Source: Gammaproteobacteria bacterium
GTDB taxonomy: Bacteria > Pseudomonadota > Gammaproteobacteria > GCA-002705445 > GCA-002716945
DNA length: 64,000 nucleotides
Reading direction: 5' to 3'
NCBI GenBank assembly: GCA_029246085.1
Contig: JAQWOB010000035.1
Span: 12,407-76,406 of the forward strand
The notes below the pieces were generated by a model that saw nothing but the letters and a program-made list of their open reading frames with translations, ran no database searches and was not told the DNA's origin. The translations under genes were made by a program, and so were the position numbers. Shown piece by piece: positions 53,241 to 62,936 of the stretch (its first letter is position 1; the number at the start of each line of letters is the position of its first letter).

Positions 53241-53295
53241 TCATATAGTTGACTCTCGATATAAGTATAGAGAACTTTAATATATATAGGAATAT

Positions 53296-54129
53296 TTATC
53301 GTTTATATTTGGAGGCTACGATATAAGCAACCCAGCCTGGATCTGCATCACATTTTGTCATTTTATAGAACTTTTCAGTCTCTTCATTTTTTTTATCATC
53401 CCATCCTTGCATATATACATCGATAGACTTAAATCCTGCTTCAATCAAACATTCTCTAATTTCAGGCAAGGACCAGAGTCGCCAATTATACTCAAAAGCT
53501 TTCTTTATGACCGAACCATCGTTGAACTCAAAATGTATATAGCATGTAATTGAGTTCGTTATTGGATTAAAACTATGTTGGTCCCAACAATAAGTAAAAT
53601 TTTTATATTTAGTTTTTTCTTCTAATTCCTGATGCGCCTCATATCCTCCAAAAGCATCTAACATTAACAAACCTTTTGAATTGAGGTTTGTATATGCATT
53701 TTTAAAATACTTAACAAGATTCTTTCTGTCTTGAAATACCCAATAACTAAAATTAAAGGCAGAAACGCAGTCAACTTTTGGCGTTTTCTTTATTAGTGAA
53801 TTACCTTTTATTAACTTAACCCTGCTTAATTGATGTTTTTCTAAAGATTCTATAAACTCTTTCTTTGCAAACCGGAGAATATCATCGTCTAGATCAATCG
53901 CATACGCAATGGTTTTAGGGTTACTTTTTACCCAAGCAGATGATATTTTTGCAGAAGCACAGAAATCCTCTCTAAGAGCTGTACATTCTGACTTATTATA
54001 TTTTTTAAAAGTTTTTGAGATAAACTCAACTTCAAAATCTACATTTTGGACTGACTGCTCATATAAATCATACTTATTAGCTGTTTTAGCGGTAAGCTTT
54101 AATTTCTTCGTCATAAGTTGATTCTTCAA
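53296..54129 (-). CDS. Putative class I SAM-dependent methyltransferase-like protein (degenerate motif I)
   Basis: 277 aa. The Rossmann-like order LREDFCASAKIS (motif I-like), AIDLDDD (acidic post-I) and VDCVSAFNFSYWVF (motif II-like) suggests an MTase fold. The Gly-rich loop is not canonical. The 5' end overlaps the dusA 3' end by about 44 nt. Confidence 0.35.
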   Translation of the reverse strand: MKNQLMTKKLKLTAKTANKYDLYEQSVQNVDFEVEFISKTFKKYNKSECTALREDFCASAKISSAWVKSNPKTIAYAIDLDDDILRFAKKEFIESLEKHQLSRVKLIKGNSLIKKTPKVDCVSAFNFSYWVFQDRKNLVKYFKNAYTNLNSKGLLMLDAFGGYEAHQELEEKTKYKNFTYCWDQHSFNPITNSITCYIHFEFNDGSVIKKAFEYNWRLWSLPEIRECLIEAGFKSIDVYMQGWDDKKNEETEKFYKMTKCDADPGWVAYIVASKYKR

Positions 54130-55063
54130 AATTAGTTATAAGCTCTATGTCTTTATCTGACTGAATAATATCATGTAAAAACTTTTTCCATTTCTTAGAT
54201 GAGCTAGTATTATAATATAAACTAAACAAATGCCTAAGCAAGAGATAATTACTTGTATTTTTATTTTGAAGACTTAATGCATATTTTAAATATTTTTTTA
54301 AAATACTTTGTCTAGATAAGGTTTCATTATTATTATATATTTCTTTTTCAATTTGATTCAAGAACATTGGGTTATCATATATTCTTCTTCCAATCATCAG
54401 GCCGTCAAACTTATTAATATTTTTTCTAATTTCTGAAATATCTTCTACTCCACCATTTAAGTAAAACTCAAGACCAGGAAAAGAATCTTTGACAGTAGTA
54501 ACATCAGCATATCTTAATAACGGTATCTTTCTATTTTTCTTTGGACTGAGACCATTTAATATTGCATTTCTCGCATGAATTATATACTTGCTACATCCAA
54601 ACACTTTTGTTTTATTAATTAAAGTAAAGAGCAAGTCAAGATTTTCTTCATAACCCAATCCTAATCTAGTTTTGATAGAGATGGGTAAGTCACACGATTG
54701 TTTTATCTCGTAAACACATTCAGCGACCTTGTCCGGATTATTCATCAGGCAAGCTCCAAACTCCCCCCTCACTACTTTAGAGCTAGGGCATCCAATATTT
54801 AGATTAATTTCATCATAACCTTGATCTTCAATAATACTGGCACATTGACCATATTTCTTAGGGTCTGATCCTGCCAACTGAATTGTTAGATTTTTTTCTC
54901 CTTCTTTGACCACGTAGTCTTTCCTATTTGTATGAAGAAAAGAGTCACATGTAATCATTTCTGTATATAAATAGATATTTTTTGATAATATTCTTACAAA
55001 TGCCCTATAATGTTCATCTGTTCTGCCAACCATAGGGGCTAAATATATACGCTTATTATCCAT
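54086..55063 (-). CDS. dusA: tRNA-dihydrouridine synthase A
   Basis: 325 aa; LAPMVGRTDEHYRAF and the Cys-containing active site region typical of DusA. Confidence 0.85.
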   Translation of the reverse strand: MDNKRIYLAPMVGRTDEHYRAFVRILSKNIYLYTEMITCDSFLHTNRKDYVVKEGEKNLTIQLAGSDPKKYGQCASIIEDQGYDEINLNIGCPSSKVVRGEFGACLMNNPDKVAECVYEIKQSCDLPISIKTRLGLGYEENLDLLFTLINKTKVFGCSKYIIHARNAILNGLSPKKNRKIPLLRYADVTTVKDSFPGLEFYLNGGVEDISEIRKNINKFDGLMIGRRIYDNPMFLNQIEKEIYNNNETLSRQSILKKYLKYALSLQNKNTSNYLLLRHLFSLYYNTSSSKKWKKFLHDIIQSDKDIELITNFEESTYDEEIKAYR

Positions 55064-55119
55064 GCTGAGTTATTCTATTATATAAGATACTTAATATCTA
55101 ATGATAACCTTTTAATAAA

Positions 55120-55722
55120 ATGAATATAAATAAAGAAGATATAACAATAGTAATATTAGCAGGTGGAAAATCCGAGAGAATGGATGGCCAGGATAAAGGT
55201 TTAATGCGGATAAACAAAAAATATGTTATCAAACATTTATATGATATCTGCAAAGAATACTCTAATGAAATTTATGTTAATGCTAATAGGAATATTGATA
55301 TATATAATAAAATGGGGCTAATAACTTGGCAGGATATATTAAAGGATTATCAAGGACCCTTATCAGGCATATATACATCACTATTTAATACTAAAACAAA
55401 ATATCTAATAACTCTACCATGCGATGGTCCATTACTTAGTCATACATACTTTGAGCGCATGACTAACATTAATAATCATTTTGATGTTAGAGCTGCTCAT
55501 AATGGAGATAGGATACAGCCCGTATATTCCTTAATAAAAAAAGATCTATTGAATAACTTAAAATCATTTATAGATACTGGTCAGAGAAAAATTGATAAAT
55601 GGTATAATCAATGTAGCCTAGAATTAGTAGATTTCTCAGATGAGAAAAATATATTTATTAATATAAACAGCCAAGAAGACTTGATAGAATATAAAACACT
55701 AATAAATAAAAGCATAAAATAA
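55120..55722 (+). CDS. mobA: Molybdenum cofactor guanylyltransferase MobA
   Basis: 200 aa; ILAGGKSERMDGQDKGL, VNANR, GPLSGI and PCDGP motifs align with E. coli MobA. Confidence 0.75.
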   Translation: MNINKEDITIVILAGGKSERMDGQDKGLMRINKKYVIKHLYDICKEYSNEIYVNANRNIDIYNKMGLITWQDILKDYQGPLSGIYTSLFNTKTKYLITLPCDGPLLSHTYFERMTNINNHFDVRAAHNGDRIQPVYSLIKKDLLNNLKSFIDTGQRKIDKWYNQCSLELVDFSDEKNIFININSQEDLIEYKTLINKSIK

Positions 55723-55723
55723 T

Positions 55724-56254
55724 ATGGATAATACAAAAAGAATAGCATGGTGTATTACTGGTTCTGGTCATTATCTAAAAGAATCAATAGAGATTATATT
55801 TACTCTAAAAAATGTAGACTTATTTCTTAGTGGAGCAGGCGAGGAAGTTCTTAAATGGTATGACTATAGTCTTGAAGATTTTAAATCAAAAGGAATTAAG
55901 GTTTTTAAAGATATTACAGCCAGCTCTGCTCCTGTTAGTTTACTATATGAGAATGTATATAAGCTAATTGTAGTTTCTCCTGCAACATCTAATACTATTG
56001 CACAAATGTCTTATGGATTATCAGATACTTTGGTGACAAATATGTTTGCACAAGCTGGTAAATGCAAAATACACTCAATAGTCTTTGCCTGTGATACTGA
56101 GCCTACGGTAATAACACAAGCACCAAAAAAGTCTGTGACATTATACCCACGTGATATAGAGTTAGAAAATTATGAAAAATTAAAAAAATTTAAGAATGTT
56201 GATGTTGTGGATAATGTTATGAAATTAAATCGAGCTCTAAAAAAATGGGTATGA
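55724..56254 (+). CDS. Flavoprotein of the AfpA/DmrB-like (PF02441) family, candidate dihydromethanopterin reductase
   Basis: 176 aa; N-terminal IAWCITGSGH flavin-binding start typical of the Flavoprotein family. Located in the H4MPT-biosynthesis island. Confidence 0.5.
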   Translation: MDNTKRIAWCITGSGHYLKESIEIIFTLKNVDLFLSGAGEEVLKWYDYSLEDFKSKGIKVFKDITASSAPVSLLYENVYKLIVVSPATSNTIAQMSYGLSDTLVTNMFAQAGKCKIHSIVFACDTEPTVITQAPKKSVTLYPRDIELENYEKLKKFKNVDVVDNVMKLNRALKKWV

Positions 56255-57636
56255 AAAAGAATATTTTATTTATTACGGGAAAATTAGCTGAGAAAAATCT
56301 AAAGAAGATTTTAGACTGCATAGAAGAGAAAGATTTTTCATATGAAATAAGGAATCTTAATATTAATGTTGCTGCATTGCTTACTACAGAAATGATATAT
56401 AGACGTATTGGAAATGTGGATAACTTCAGCAAGATTATATTGCCTGGTAAGGTTAGAGGCGATATAGATGAGTTGGCTAAAAAACTTAAGACTAAAATTG
56501 AGCGCGGACCAGAAGAATTAAAAGACTTGCCAGTTATGTTTGGAGGTAATCCCTTAAAATATGATCTCTCAAAGTATGAGGTACATATATTTGCTGAAAT
56601 AACTGATGCTCCTAATATGAAAATACAAGAAATTATCAGTATGGCTAATTATTATAGAGATAATGGTGCAGATATAATTGATATTGGCTGTTTACCTAAT
56701 AAACCATTTCCTCATTTATCTGAAACTATACAAGAGCTAAAACGTCAAGATTTTTATGTCAGCATAGATTCTCATTTAGATAAAGAATTAATTCTTGGGG
56801 GAAAATCTGGAGCAGACTATCTTTTGAGTATAAAATCAGATAATTTTTATATCCTAGATGAAGTAGATTCATACCCTATCCTAATACCTAAGGATGGAGA
56901 TATGGTCAGTCTATATGATTGCATTGATAGATGTATTGAAAATAAAAGAATATTTATTGCAGACCCTATTTTAGATCCAATAAACTATGGTTTTACTCAA
57001 TCAATTACTAGGTATAGTGAATTGAGAAAAAGGTATCCAGATATCCATATTATGATGGGTACTGGTAATGTAACAGAGCTTACTCATGCAGATACAACTG
57101 GAATGACTATGATACTGATGGGGATAATATCTGAACTTAAAATTAATCATATTTTAACTACTGAAGTTAGCAAACATTGCAGAACAGTAATTAAAGAAAG
57201 TGATTTAGCACGAAGGATTATTCTAGCAGCAAGTCTTGGAAACACCACGCCAAAACATATTAATTCAGGACTACTTACAACTCATGAAGAAGATCCTATA
57301 AGATACAATGCGCAAGAAGTTGAAGAATTGTTTGAACAAGTTAAAGATTCTAGCTATAGAATAATGAATACAGATGACGGTGTTAATTTGTTTAACAAAA
57401 AAGGGTTGCAAGTTGCTATCGATCCTTTTGATTTCTTTGAAAAGATAGACGTTGGAGATGATACTGGTCATGCTTTTTATTTAGGAGTAGAATTAGCTAG
57501 AGCTCAAATTGCACACCAACTAGGAAAAACTTATGAACAAGATGAAGAATTGAAATGGGGTTGCTTAGTAGATGAAAAGATTGATGATAAGCTTGAATTT
57601 AAAGAACAAGGTCCAACTTTTAAAAAGAAAAAATGA
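56245..57636 (+). CDS. H4MPT-biosynthesis dihydropteroate-synthase-like protein (N-terminal DUF6513-like domain + pterin-binding domain)
   Basis: 463 aa; the C-terminal half shows DHPS-like TIM-barrel features (GTGNVTELTHADTTG). This domain architecture is known from methylotroph H4MPT clusters. Confidence 0.5.
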   Translation: MGMKKNILFITGKLAEKNLKKILDCIEEKDFSYEIRNLNINVAALLTTEMIYRRIGNVDNFSKIILPGKVRGDIDELAKKLKTKIERGPEELKDLPVMFGGNPLKYDLSKYEVHIFAEITDAPNMKIQEIISMANYYRDNGADIIDIGCLPNKPFPHLSETIQELKRQDFYVSIDSHLDKELILGGKSGADYLLSIKSDNFYILDEVDSYPILIPKDGDMVSLYDCIDRCIENKRIFIADPILDPINYGFTQSITRYSELRKRYPDIHIMMGTGNVTELTHADTTGMTMILMGIISELKINHILTTEVSKHCRTVIKESDLARRIILAASLGNTTPKHINSGLLTTHEEDPIRYNAQEVEELFEQVKDSSYRIMNTDDGVNLFNKKGLQVAIDPFDFFEKIDVGDDTGHAFYLGVELARAQIAHQLGKTYEQDEELKWGCLVDEKIDDKLEFKEQGPTFKKKK

Positions 57637-58202
57637 TATATGAAGTTATAGTCACAACTGTCTCTCAAAAAAATATAGTTCATATAGCGCCTATGGGAAT
57701 ACAGCTCATCGACGATAGAGTTATTATTTCACCTTTTCGGCCATCTCAAACGTTAGAGAATATTACTAAAAATAATCTAGCGACCATAAACTTTATTGAT
57801 GATGTAAGAGTGTTTGCAGGGATTGTTACAAAATATAAAAAAGATTGGGAGCTAGAAGATATTAAGGATAAGAGTGTAGTGCCAAGGCTGACACTAGCTA
57901 ATACTCATTATAATGTAATAGCCAAAGAATTTAAAGATGATGAGAAAAGACCTAATATAGTATGCGATATAAGTAAAAAAGTAATTAATAAACCATTTAT
58001 GGGTTTTAATAGGGCGCAGTTTTCAGTAATAGAGGCATCAGTATTAGTTAGCAGGCTGAGAATGCTACCTATAGAAAAAATTTTACAAGAAATAGAATAT
58101 CTTAAGATAGGAATTAAAAAGACCGCGGGACCAAGAGAGTCTCAAGCCTGGAAATGGATAGAAGATAAGATTCAAGAATTTCAAGAAGAGAATATGAAAT
58201 AA
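57633..58202 (+). CDS. DUF447-family protein (H4MPT-biosynthesis-associated)
   Basis: 189 aa; translationally coupled (ATGA) to the preceding gene. The family is typically co-located with methanopterin genes. Confidence 0.45.
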   Translation: MIYEVIVTTVSQKNIVHIAPMGIQLIDDRVIISPFRPSQTLENITKNNLATINFIDDVRVFAGIVTKYKKDWELEDIKDKSVVPRLTLANTHYNVIAKEFKDDEKRPNIVCDISKKVINKPFMGFNRAQFSVIEASVLVSRLRMLPIEKILQEIEYLKIGIKKTAGPRESQAWKWIEDKIQEFQEENMK

Positions 58203-58203
58203 C

Positions 58204-58887
58204 ATGGTAGGATTTCTTGCTAGTATAAAAGATATTGATGAAGCAACTATTGCTTCAAAAGTTGATATTGATATTTTAGATTTAAAAAATATTAATGATG
58301 GTGCATTAGGTTTTGTAGGTATCGAATTAATCTCTAAAGTAAAAATTTTATTACCCAATAATATTCTTAGTGTAACTATGGGTAATGATATTAATCCAAA
58401 TAATAGTAGTAATATAAAAAATTTAAAGATTCTTATAGAAAAAGAAATAAATTATTTAAAGATAGGAATGTTTGATAAAAAATATTTATCAGAACATCGG
58501 ATTATTCTTGAACAAATTAATTTCAAAAATACTAAACCTATCTGTGTAATATTTGCTGACCAAGACTTTGATATTAATAATGTAGAAAAACTTATCGATA
58601 TGGGTTATCAAGGCATAATGATTGACACATGTCATAAAAATAGTAAATCAATAATAGACCTATTGAGCCAGAAAGAGATAAAAGATTTTTTAAAGATAGT
58701 AAAATCTTATGGGATGGTTTGTGGCTTGTCCGGGTCTTTAAAACTTGATCATATACAAATGCTAAAAGAGTTAAATCCTGATTTTTTAGGATTTAGAGGA
58801 CAATTATGCGATTCATCGAAAGCACGGTATAAATTTAATATAAATCTAGCAAAAGAAGTTTCAAAAAAAATTAAGTTGGATTTTTGA
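58204..58887 (+). CDS. MfnB-like (DUF556) (5-formylfuran-3-yl)methyl phosphate synthase, methanofuran biosynthesis
   Basis: 227 aa; the N-terminus (LASIKDIDEATIASKVDIDILDLKNINDGALG...KIGMFD) parallels archaeal MfnB (LLVSPIDVEEAKEA...ADIIDVKNPKEGSLG...KVGLYG). Confidence 0.55.
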   Translation: MVGFLASIKDIDEATIASKVDIDILDLKNINDGALGFVGIELISKVKILLPNNILSVTMGNDINPNNSSNIKNLKILIEKEINYLKIGMFDKKYLSEHRIILEQINFKNTKPICVIFADQDFDINNVEKLIDMGYQGIMIDTCHKNSKSIIDLLSQKEIKDFLKIVKSYGMVCGLSGSLKLDHIQMLKELNPDFLGFRGQLCDSSKARYKFNINLAKEVSKKIKLDF

Positions 58888-60232
58888 GTAAATCTAATAG
58901 AGGTTTGATTTTATCAAACGTTTCCTTATACTCTGATTCAATTTCAGAGTCATAGACTATCCCGCCTCCTCCCCAAAAATATAATTTATCTTTTGTAGCA
59001 ATTATAGTTCTAATAGCAATATTTAAGTCAGTTGTTCCGCTAAAGCTAATATAGCCTATAGAGCCACAATAAATATTTCTATTGTCGGGCTCAAGCTCGC
59101 TTATAATCTGCATAGCCCTAATTTTTGGCGCACCTGTAATAGAACCTCCAGGGAAACAGTCCTTAATAAGCTTGTAAATATTACTATTACTGGCAATCTT
59201 ACCCTGAATAGTACTGACAAGATGATGGACGTTTGCAAATGTCTCAATACTAAATAACTCCTTAACTTTTACCGAACCAAATTCGCAATTTTTTCCCAAA
59301 TCATTTCTCAGTAAATCAACAATCATTAAGTTTTCTGCTCTCTCCTTATATGAAGTAGATAATTCCTCTATAAGCTGTTTATTAAGCTGTATATCAGCAG
59401 AAACAGGACGAGTTCCTTTTATTGGTTTAGTCTCTACAATATTTCCATCATAGGAGAGAAATCGTTCTGGAGAAAAACTCATTATATTAATAAAAGGCAT
59501 ATTTATATATGCCGAGTAAGGTGATGAGTAAGCAGGTGTGATCTTATTGTAAATATCCCAAGTGTCTCCACTATACTGAGCAGAAAATCTTTGTGAAAAG
59601 TTAATTTGATAGCAATCTCCACTCTGGATATATGATTGTATTTTATTAAATTTACTTTCATATTCATCATGGGTAATGTTCGATTCACAAGCTGAATTAA
59701 TTAAGAATTTTTTTTCTTGATTCTTATCAAATATTTTTTTTTCAAGGCATAATTTTATATTTTCAATAAAAGAATCTTCATTTCTATAAACTAAAGTTGT
59801 ATTTTTTTTATGATGGTCAACAATAACTGCCCAGTCATAAATACCAAATGCCATAAGTGGTACATTAAGATCATTTTTTTTAATTTCAATACCTTCATAA
59901 TGATTACCTAAATCATATGATAAATAACCAATCGCTCCACCAGTAAATGGCAAGTCACTAGTATCGGAGGGGTACTTTTTCATGACAATACCTACTACAT
60001 CTATTGGGTCATCTTTATATTCTTGGATACCATTTTTATTTTCTACTGTAGTCTTATCTATATAAGAAATTATTTTTTCTACTGGATTAGCACTAAGTAT
60101 GTCATATCTCTCATCTTGAAACTTATCATGATTACTACATAAAAATACTGACCACTCAGAATCTTTGATTACTGCAAATATATCGCGAGTATCACCATAA
60201 TAGTCATAACTAATTTTATTTTGTTTATTCAT
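58871..60232 (-). CDS. pabB: Aminodeoxychorismate synthase component I (chorismate-binding, PabB-like)
   Basis: 453 aa; C-terminal chorismate-binding-enzyme motifs (LMIVDLLRNDLG, FPGGSITGAPKIRAMQII, CGSIGYISFSG). Confidence 0.7.
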   Translation of the reverse strand: MNKQNKISYDYYGDTRDIFAVIKDSEWSVFLCSNHDKFQDERYDILSANPVEKIISYIDKTTVENKNGIQEYKDDPIDVVGIVMKKYPSDTSDLPFTGGAIGYLSYDLGNHYEGIEIKKNDLNVPLMAFGIYDWAVIVDHHKKNTTLVYRNEDSFIENIKLCLEKKIFDKNQEKKFLINSACESNITHDEYESKFNKIQSYIQSGDCYQINFSQRFSAQYSGDTWDIYNKITPAYSSPYSAYINMPFINIMSFSPERFLSYDGNIVETKPIKGTRPVSADIQLNKQLIEELSTSYKERAENLMIVDLLRNDLGKNCEFGSVKVKELFSIETFANVHHLVSTIQGKIASNSNIYKLIKDCFPGGSITGAPKIRAMQIISELEPDNRNIYCGSIGYISFSGTTDLNIAIRTIIATKDKLYFWGGGGIVYDSEIESEYKETFDKIKPLLDLLKNPT

Positions 60233-61274
60233 AATATTTTTTTAATAACAAAGAAAGCAAAAAAGATGGTGCTGCATCAGATGGCTCATATAATCTCTTA
60301 TTATATCTAATATTAATATACTGATTTAAAGACATATATTTCCAATTATTTTTTTTACTTATCATGTTAATAAGCATTCTACCAACACCCATACCAATAA
60401 CTTTGAGATCTTTCACATTAGAGAAGTTATCTTTAATATGACTTTTTATAGTATAACTTATTTGATCTAGATGCGCTGACATGATTTTTCTAGACAACAT
60501 ATGAATAGTCTTGTTTTTATCCACACAATAATCAAATCCAAAAACTCTTGAAATCCTATTTAAAGTATCTTTTTTTGATTTTAATCTTCCATCAGCTGTA
60601 TTAGTATAATCAGATTTTTTTTGGATAATTGATAGTAATCGATAAACATCAGACATCGTAGCAAAATTTTCAGGAATCACATTGTATACCCTCTTATTTA
60701 AATTAAGGGTATTTATTACTGAGTATATGGGAGTTCTTAAAACGCCAGTATAAAGTAACTCTTTAGTATTAAGGCCTGAATAATCATCATGCCTTTTGTT
60801 TATACATGTGTGGTTTTTTATAAGAACTATATCAGTAGTAGTAGATCCAATATCAATAGCTATTATATTTTTATCCATATATTTTAAATAATCAGGAATA
60901 GCCATCCAATTTGTTGACGCTAGAGATAAATATTTTTTAAAACCCTGAAACTTTAATATTCGATTATCTTTAGAATATATGTGGTTAATAAAACCTTTAT
61001 TCTCAAATAAAGAAAGTATCGCTTTAACACCTTCTCTTCTGGAGGAAAAGATATCGCACATTTCAGCTGACATACTAATTAGATTTATTATATGAAATTT
61101 TTTTCTATATTTTATATCTATGCTTTTAACTATACCTTCTAACTGTGATAAAGATTTCCATAGTTCACAAAGTATAATTCTAGATTCTACTATATCTCTA
61201 GTGTCTGACGATATAGTATATTTTGTATGAGCGCCACCTATGTCCCAACCAATATATAAATTTTTTTTATCCAT
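60225..61274 (-). CDS. Hydantoinase/oxoprolinase-family (ASKHA) protein of the H4MPT-linked C1-transfer set
   Basis: 349 aa; N-terminal GWDIGGAHTK and a second phosphate loop (IDIGSTTTD), the actin-like ATPase fold. This family is characteristically encoded in H4MPT clusters. Confidence 0.45.
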   Translation of the reverse strand: MDKKNLYIGWDIGGAHTKYTISSDTRDIVESRIILCELWKSLSQLEGIVKSIDIKYRKKFHIINLISMSAEMCDIFSSRREGVKAILSLFENKGFINHIYSKDNRILKFQGFKKYLSLASTNWMAIPDYLKYMDKNIIAIDIGSTTTDIVLIKNHTCINKRHDDYSGLNTKELLYTGVLRTPIYSVINTLNLNKRVYNVIPENFATMSDVYRLLSIIQKKSDYTNTADGRLKSKKDTLNRISRVFGFDYCVDKNKTIHMLSRKIMSAHLDQISYTIKSHIKDNFSNVKDLKVIGMGVGRMLINMISKKNNWKYMSLNQYINIRYNKRLYEPSDAAPSFLLSLLLKKYYE

Positions 61275-62217
61275 GATTATTTATATAATACTTCTTTCCA
61301 CTTATAATATTTTTTAATGGTTTTCTAGATATTATTAAATCAATAATATTTATCCCTATTGTGTCATAAATTCCAATAAATGATGTTGTCAATCTAGGGT
61401 TAATCTCAATAATAAATATATCATTACCTTTAGTTATAATATCAATACCAACAAAACCATATAGTCCTGGAAGTGAATCTTTAATTTTCGATATAAGATT
61501 TATTATTTTTAAATATGCAGGGTGTTCCACATTAACAATAATACTACTTAACCTAGCTCTATTATTTTTATACTCTAATATTTGTTTATTAATAGTGAGT
61601 ATATAAAAATTATTTTTAGTAAAATAAATTGAGATACTATAATCATCACCATTTATATATGGTTGGATTATTTTATCATCCTTAATTAGTTCAAGGTTTT
61701 TTTTATTTTTAGTAATTTCTATATGAGAGCATCCTGCTCCATACCTATCTTTAATTAAAAGTAACTTATTATGTAAATCACTACTATATTTCTGATATGT
61801 ATCAATAGTAGGTAAAGAGTTCTTCTGGCAAAATTTATAAAACTTTAATTTATCGGAACATGTTTTTATCGTTTGTGAATTAGATATTACAGCATCAACT
61901 CCATTCTTTTCTAAGTATTCTACATAAAGATACAAGCTCATATCTATTTCTGGCAATATAGGTAATACATAATCGTATTTTCTTAAAAAATCTATATCAT
62001 AAATTTTGCTATTATCTCTTAAGACTATAGATTCTTTCTCATTTACAGGTGAAAGGCGAAAATCTCTAAAATAGCTATGCTTGATATGCTTTAATTTTCG
62101 ACAACTATCGTAAACTGAGGAAGTTATCATATTAGCTTCACTCATAAGATCAGAAGTTAAATCTTCATTTAAAAGCCCTCCTCCTGTAATATATTCATAT
62201 ATTAATATCTTTTTCAT
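61267..62217 (-). CDS. ATP-grasp ligase (MfnD/MptN-like glutamate ligase candidate)
   Basis: ATP-grasp motifs (IIQPYINGDDYSISIYF, GFVGIDII...IFIIEINPR). Start placed at the internal MKKILIYEY (62217); the ORF track's upstream start (62310) would overlap the divergent gene by 90 nt. Confidence 0.6.
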   Translation of the reverse strand: MKKILIYEYITGGGLLNEDLTSDLMSEANMITSSVYDSCRKLKHIKHSYFRDFRLSPVNEKESIVLRDNSKIYDIDFLRKYDYVLPILPEIDMSLYLYVEYLEKNGVDAVISNSQTIKTCSDKLKFYKFCQKNSLPTIDTYQKYSSDLHNKLLLIKDRYGAGCSHIEITKNKKNLELIKDDKIIQPYINGDDYSISIYFTKNNFYILTINKQILEYKNNRARLSSIIVNVEHPAYLKIINLISKIKDSLPGLYGFVGIDIITKGNDIFIIEINPRLTTSFIGIYDTIGINIIDLIISRKPLKNIISGKKYYINNHG

Positions 62218-62220
62218 ACT

Positions 62221-62919
62221 ATGGACATAATCCCTGTTATAGACATTCTTAATAACCAAGTGGTTAGAGCAATTAAAGGTGATAGAGATAATTATCAGTC
62301 TATCAACCATAAATTATACAATAGTACAGACCCAAGAGATATAATTGATCAAATTGTAAAAAGGTATTCTCCTAAGATATTATACATTGCTGATTTAGAT
62401 GCAATTATACATAACACTATAGACCCGAAGATATATAATGATATTTTATCTTCATTTCCAAAAACTAAATTCTGGATTGACTCTGGTTTGAAAGAAATAA
62501 AATTAAAAAAGAAATATAGAAATTATTATCCTGTTTTTTGCAGTGAAAAATCAAAAGGCTATGAATTTTCATCAAATAAATTTAATAATTGTGTTTGCTC
62601 ATTTGATTTTATGGGAAAATATATAGGAGAGAAACCTATATATAGACAACAAAAAGCATCCCCATCAAAAATTATACTCATGGACTTGCTTCAAGTTGGA
62701 TCAAAAAATAATATTAATTATAAACTTGCTAGAAGATTTATTAGAAATAATAACCAAGATTATTATATTGCTGGTGGAATTAAATCTATATTTGATATCA
62801 AAAGAGCAAAGTATTTTGGTGCGAGCGGAGTTTTAGTTTCAACAATGATTCATCAGAATAAGATTACAAAATATATGATTCAAAAAGAAAAAACCAGCTC
62901 TAAAAATAGAGCTGGCTAA
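62221..62919 (+). CDS. HisA/HisF-family (His_biosynth TIM-barrel) protein, H4MPT-biosynthesis-associated
   Basis: 232 aa; N-terminal MDIIPVIDILNNQVVRAIKGD matches the HisA start (IIPAIDL...G). Confidence 0.5.
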   Translation: MDIIPVIDILNNQVVRAIKGDRDNYQSINHKLYNSTDPRDIIDQIVKRYSPKILYIADLDAIIHNTIDPKIYNDILSSFPKTKFWIDSGLKEIKLKKKYRNYYPVFCSEKSKGYEFSSNKFNNCVCSFDFMGKYIGEKPIYRQQKASPSKIILMDLLQVGSKNNINYKLARRFIRNNNQDYYIAGGIKSIFDIKRAKYFGASGVLVSTMIHQNKITKYMIQKEKTSSKNRAG

Positions 62920-62936
62920 TCTTACTGTTCTAAGTA

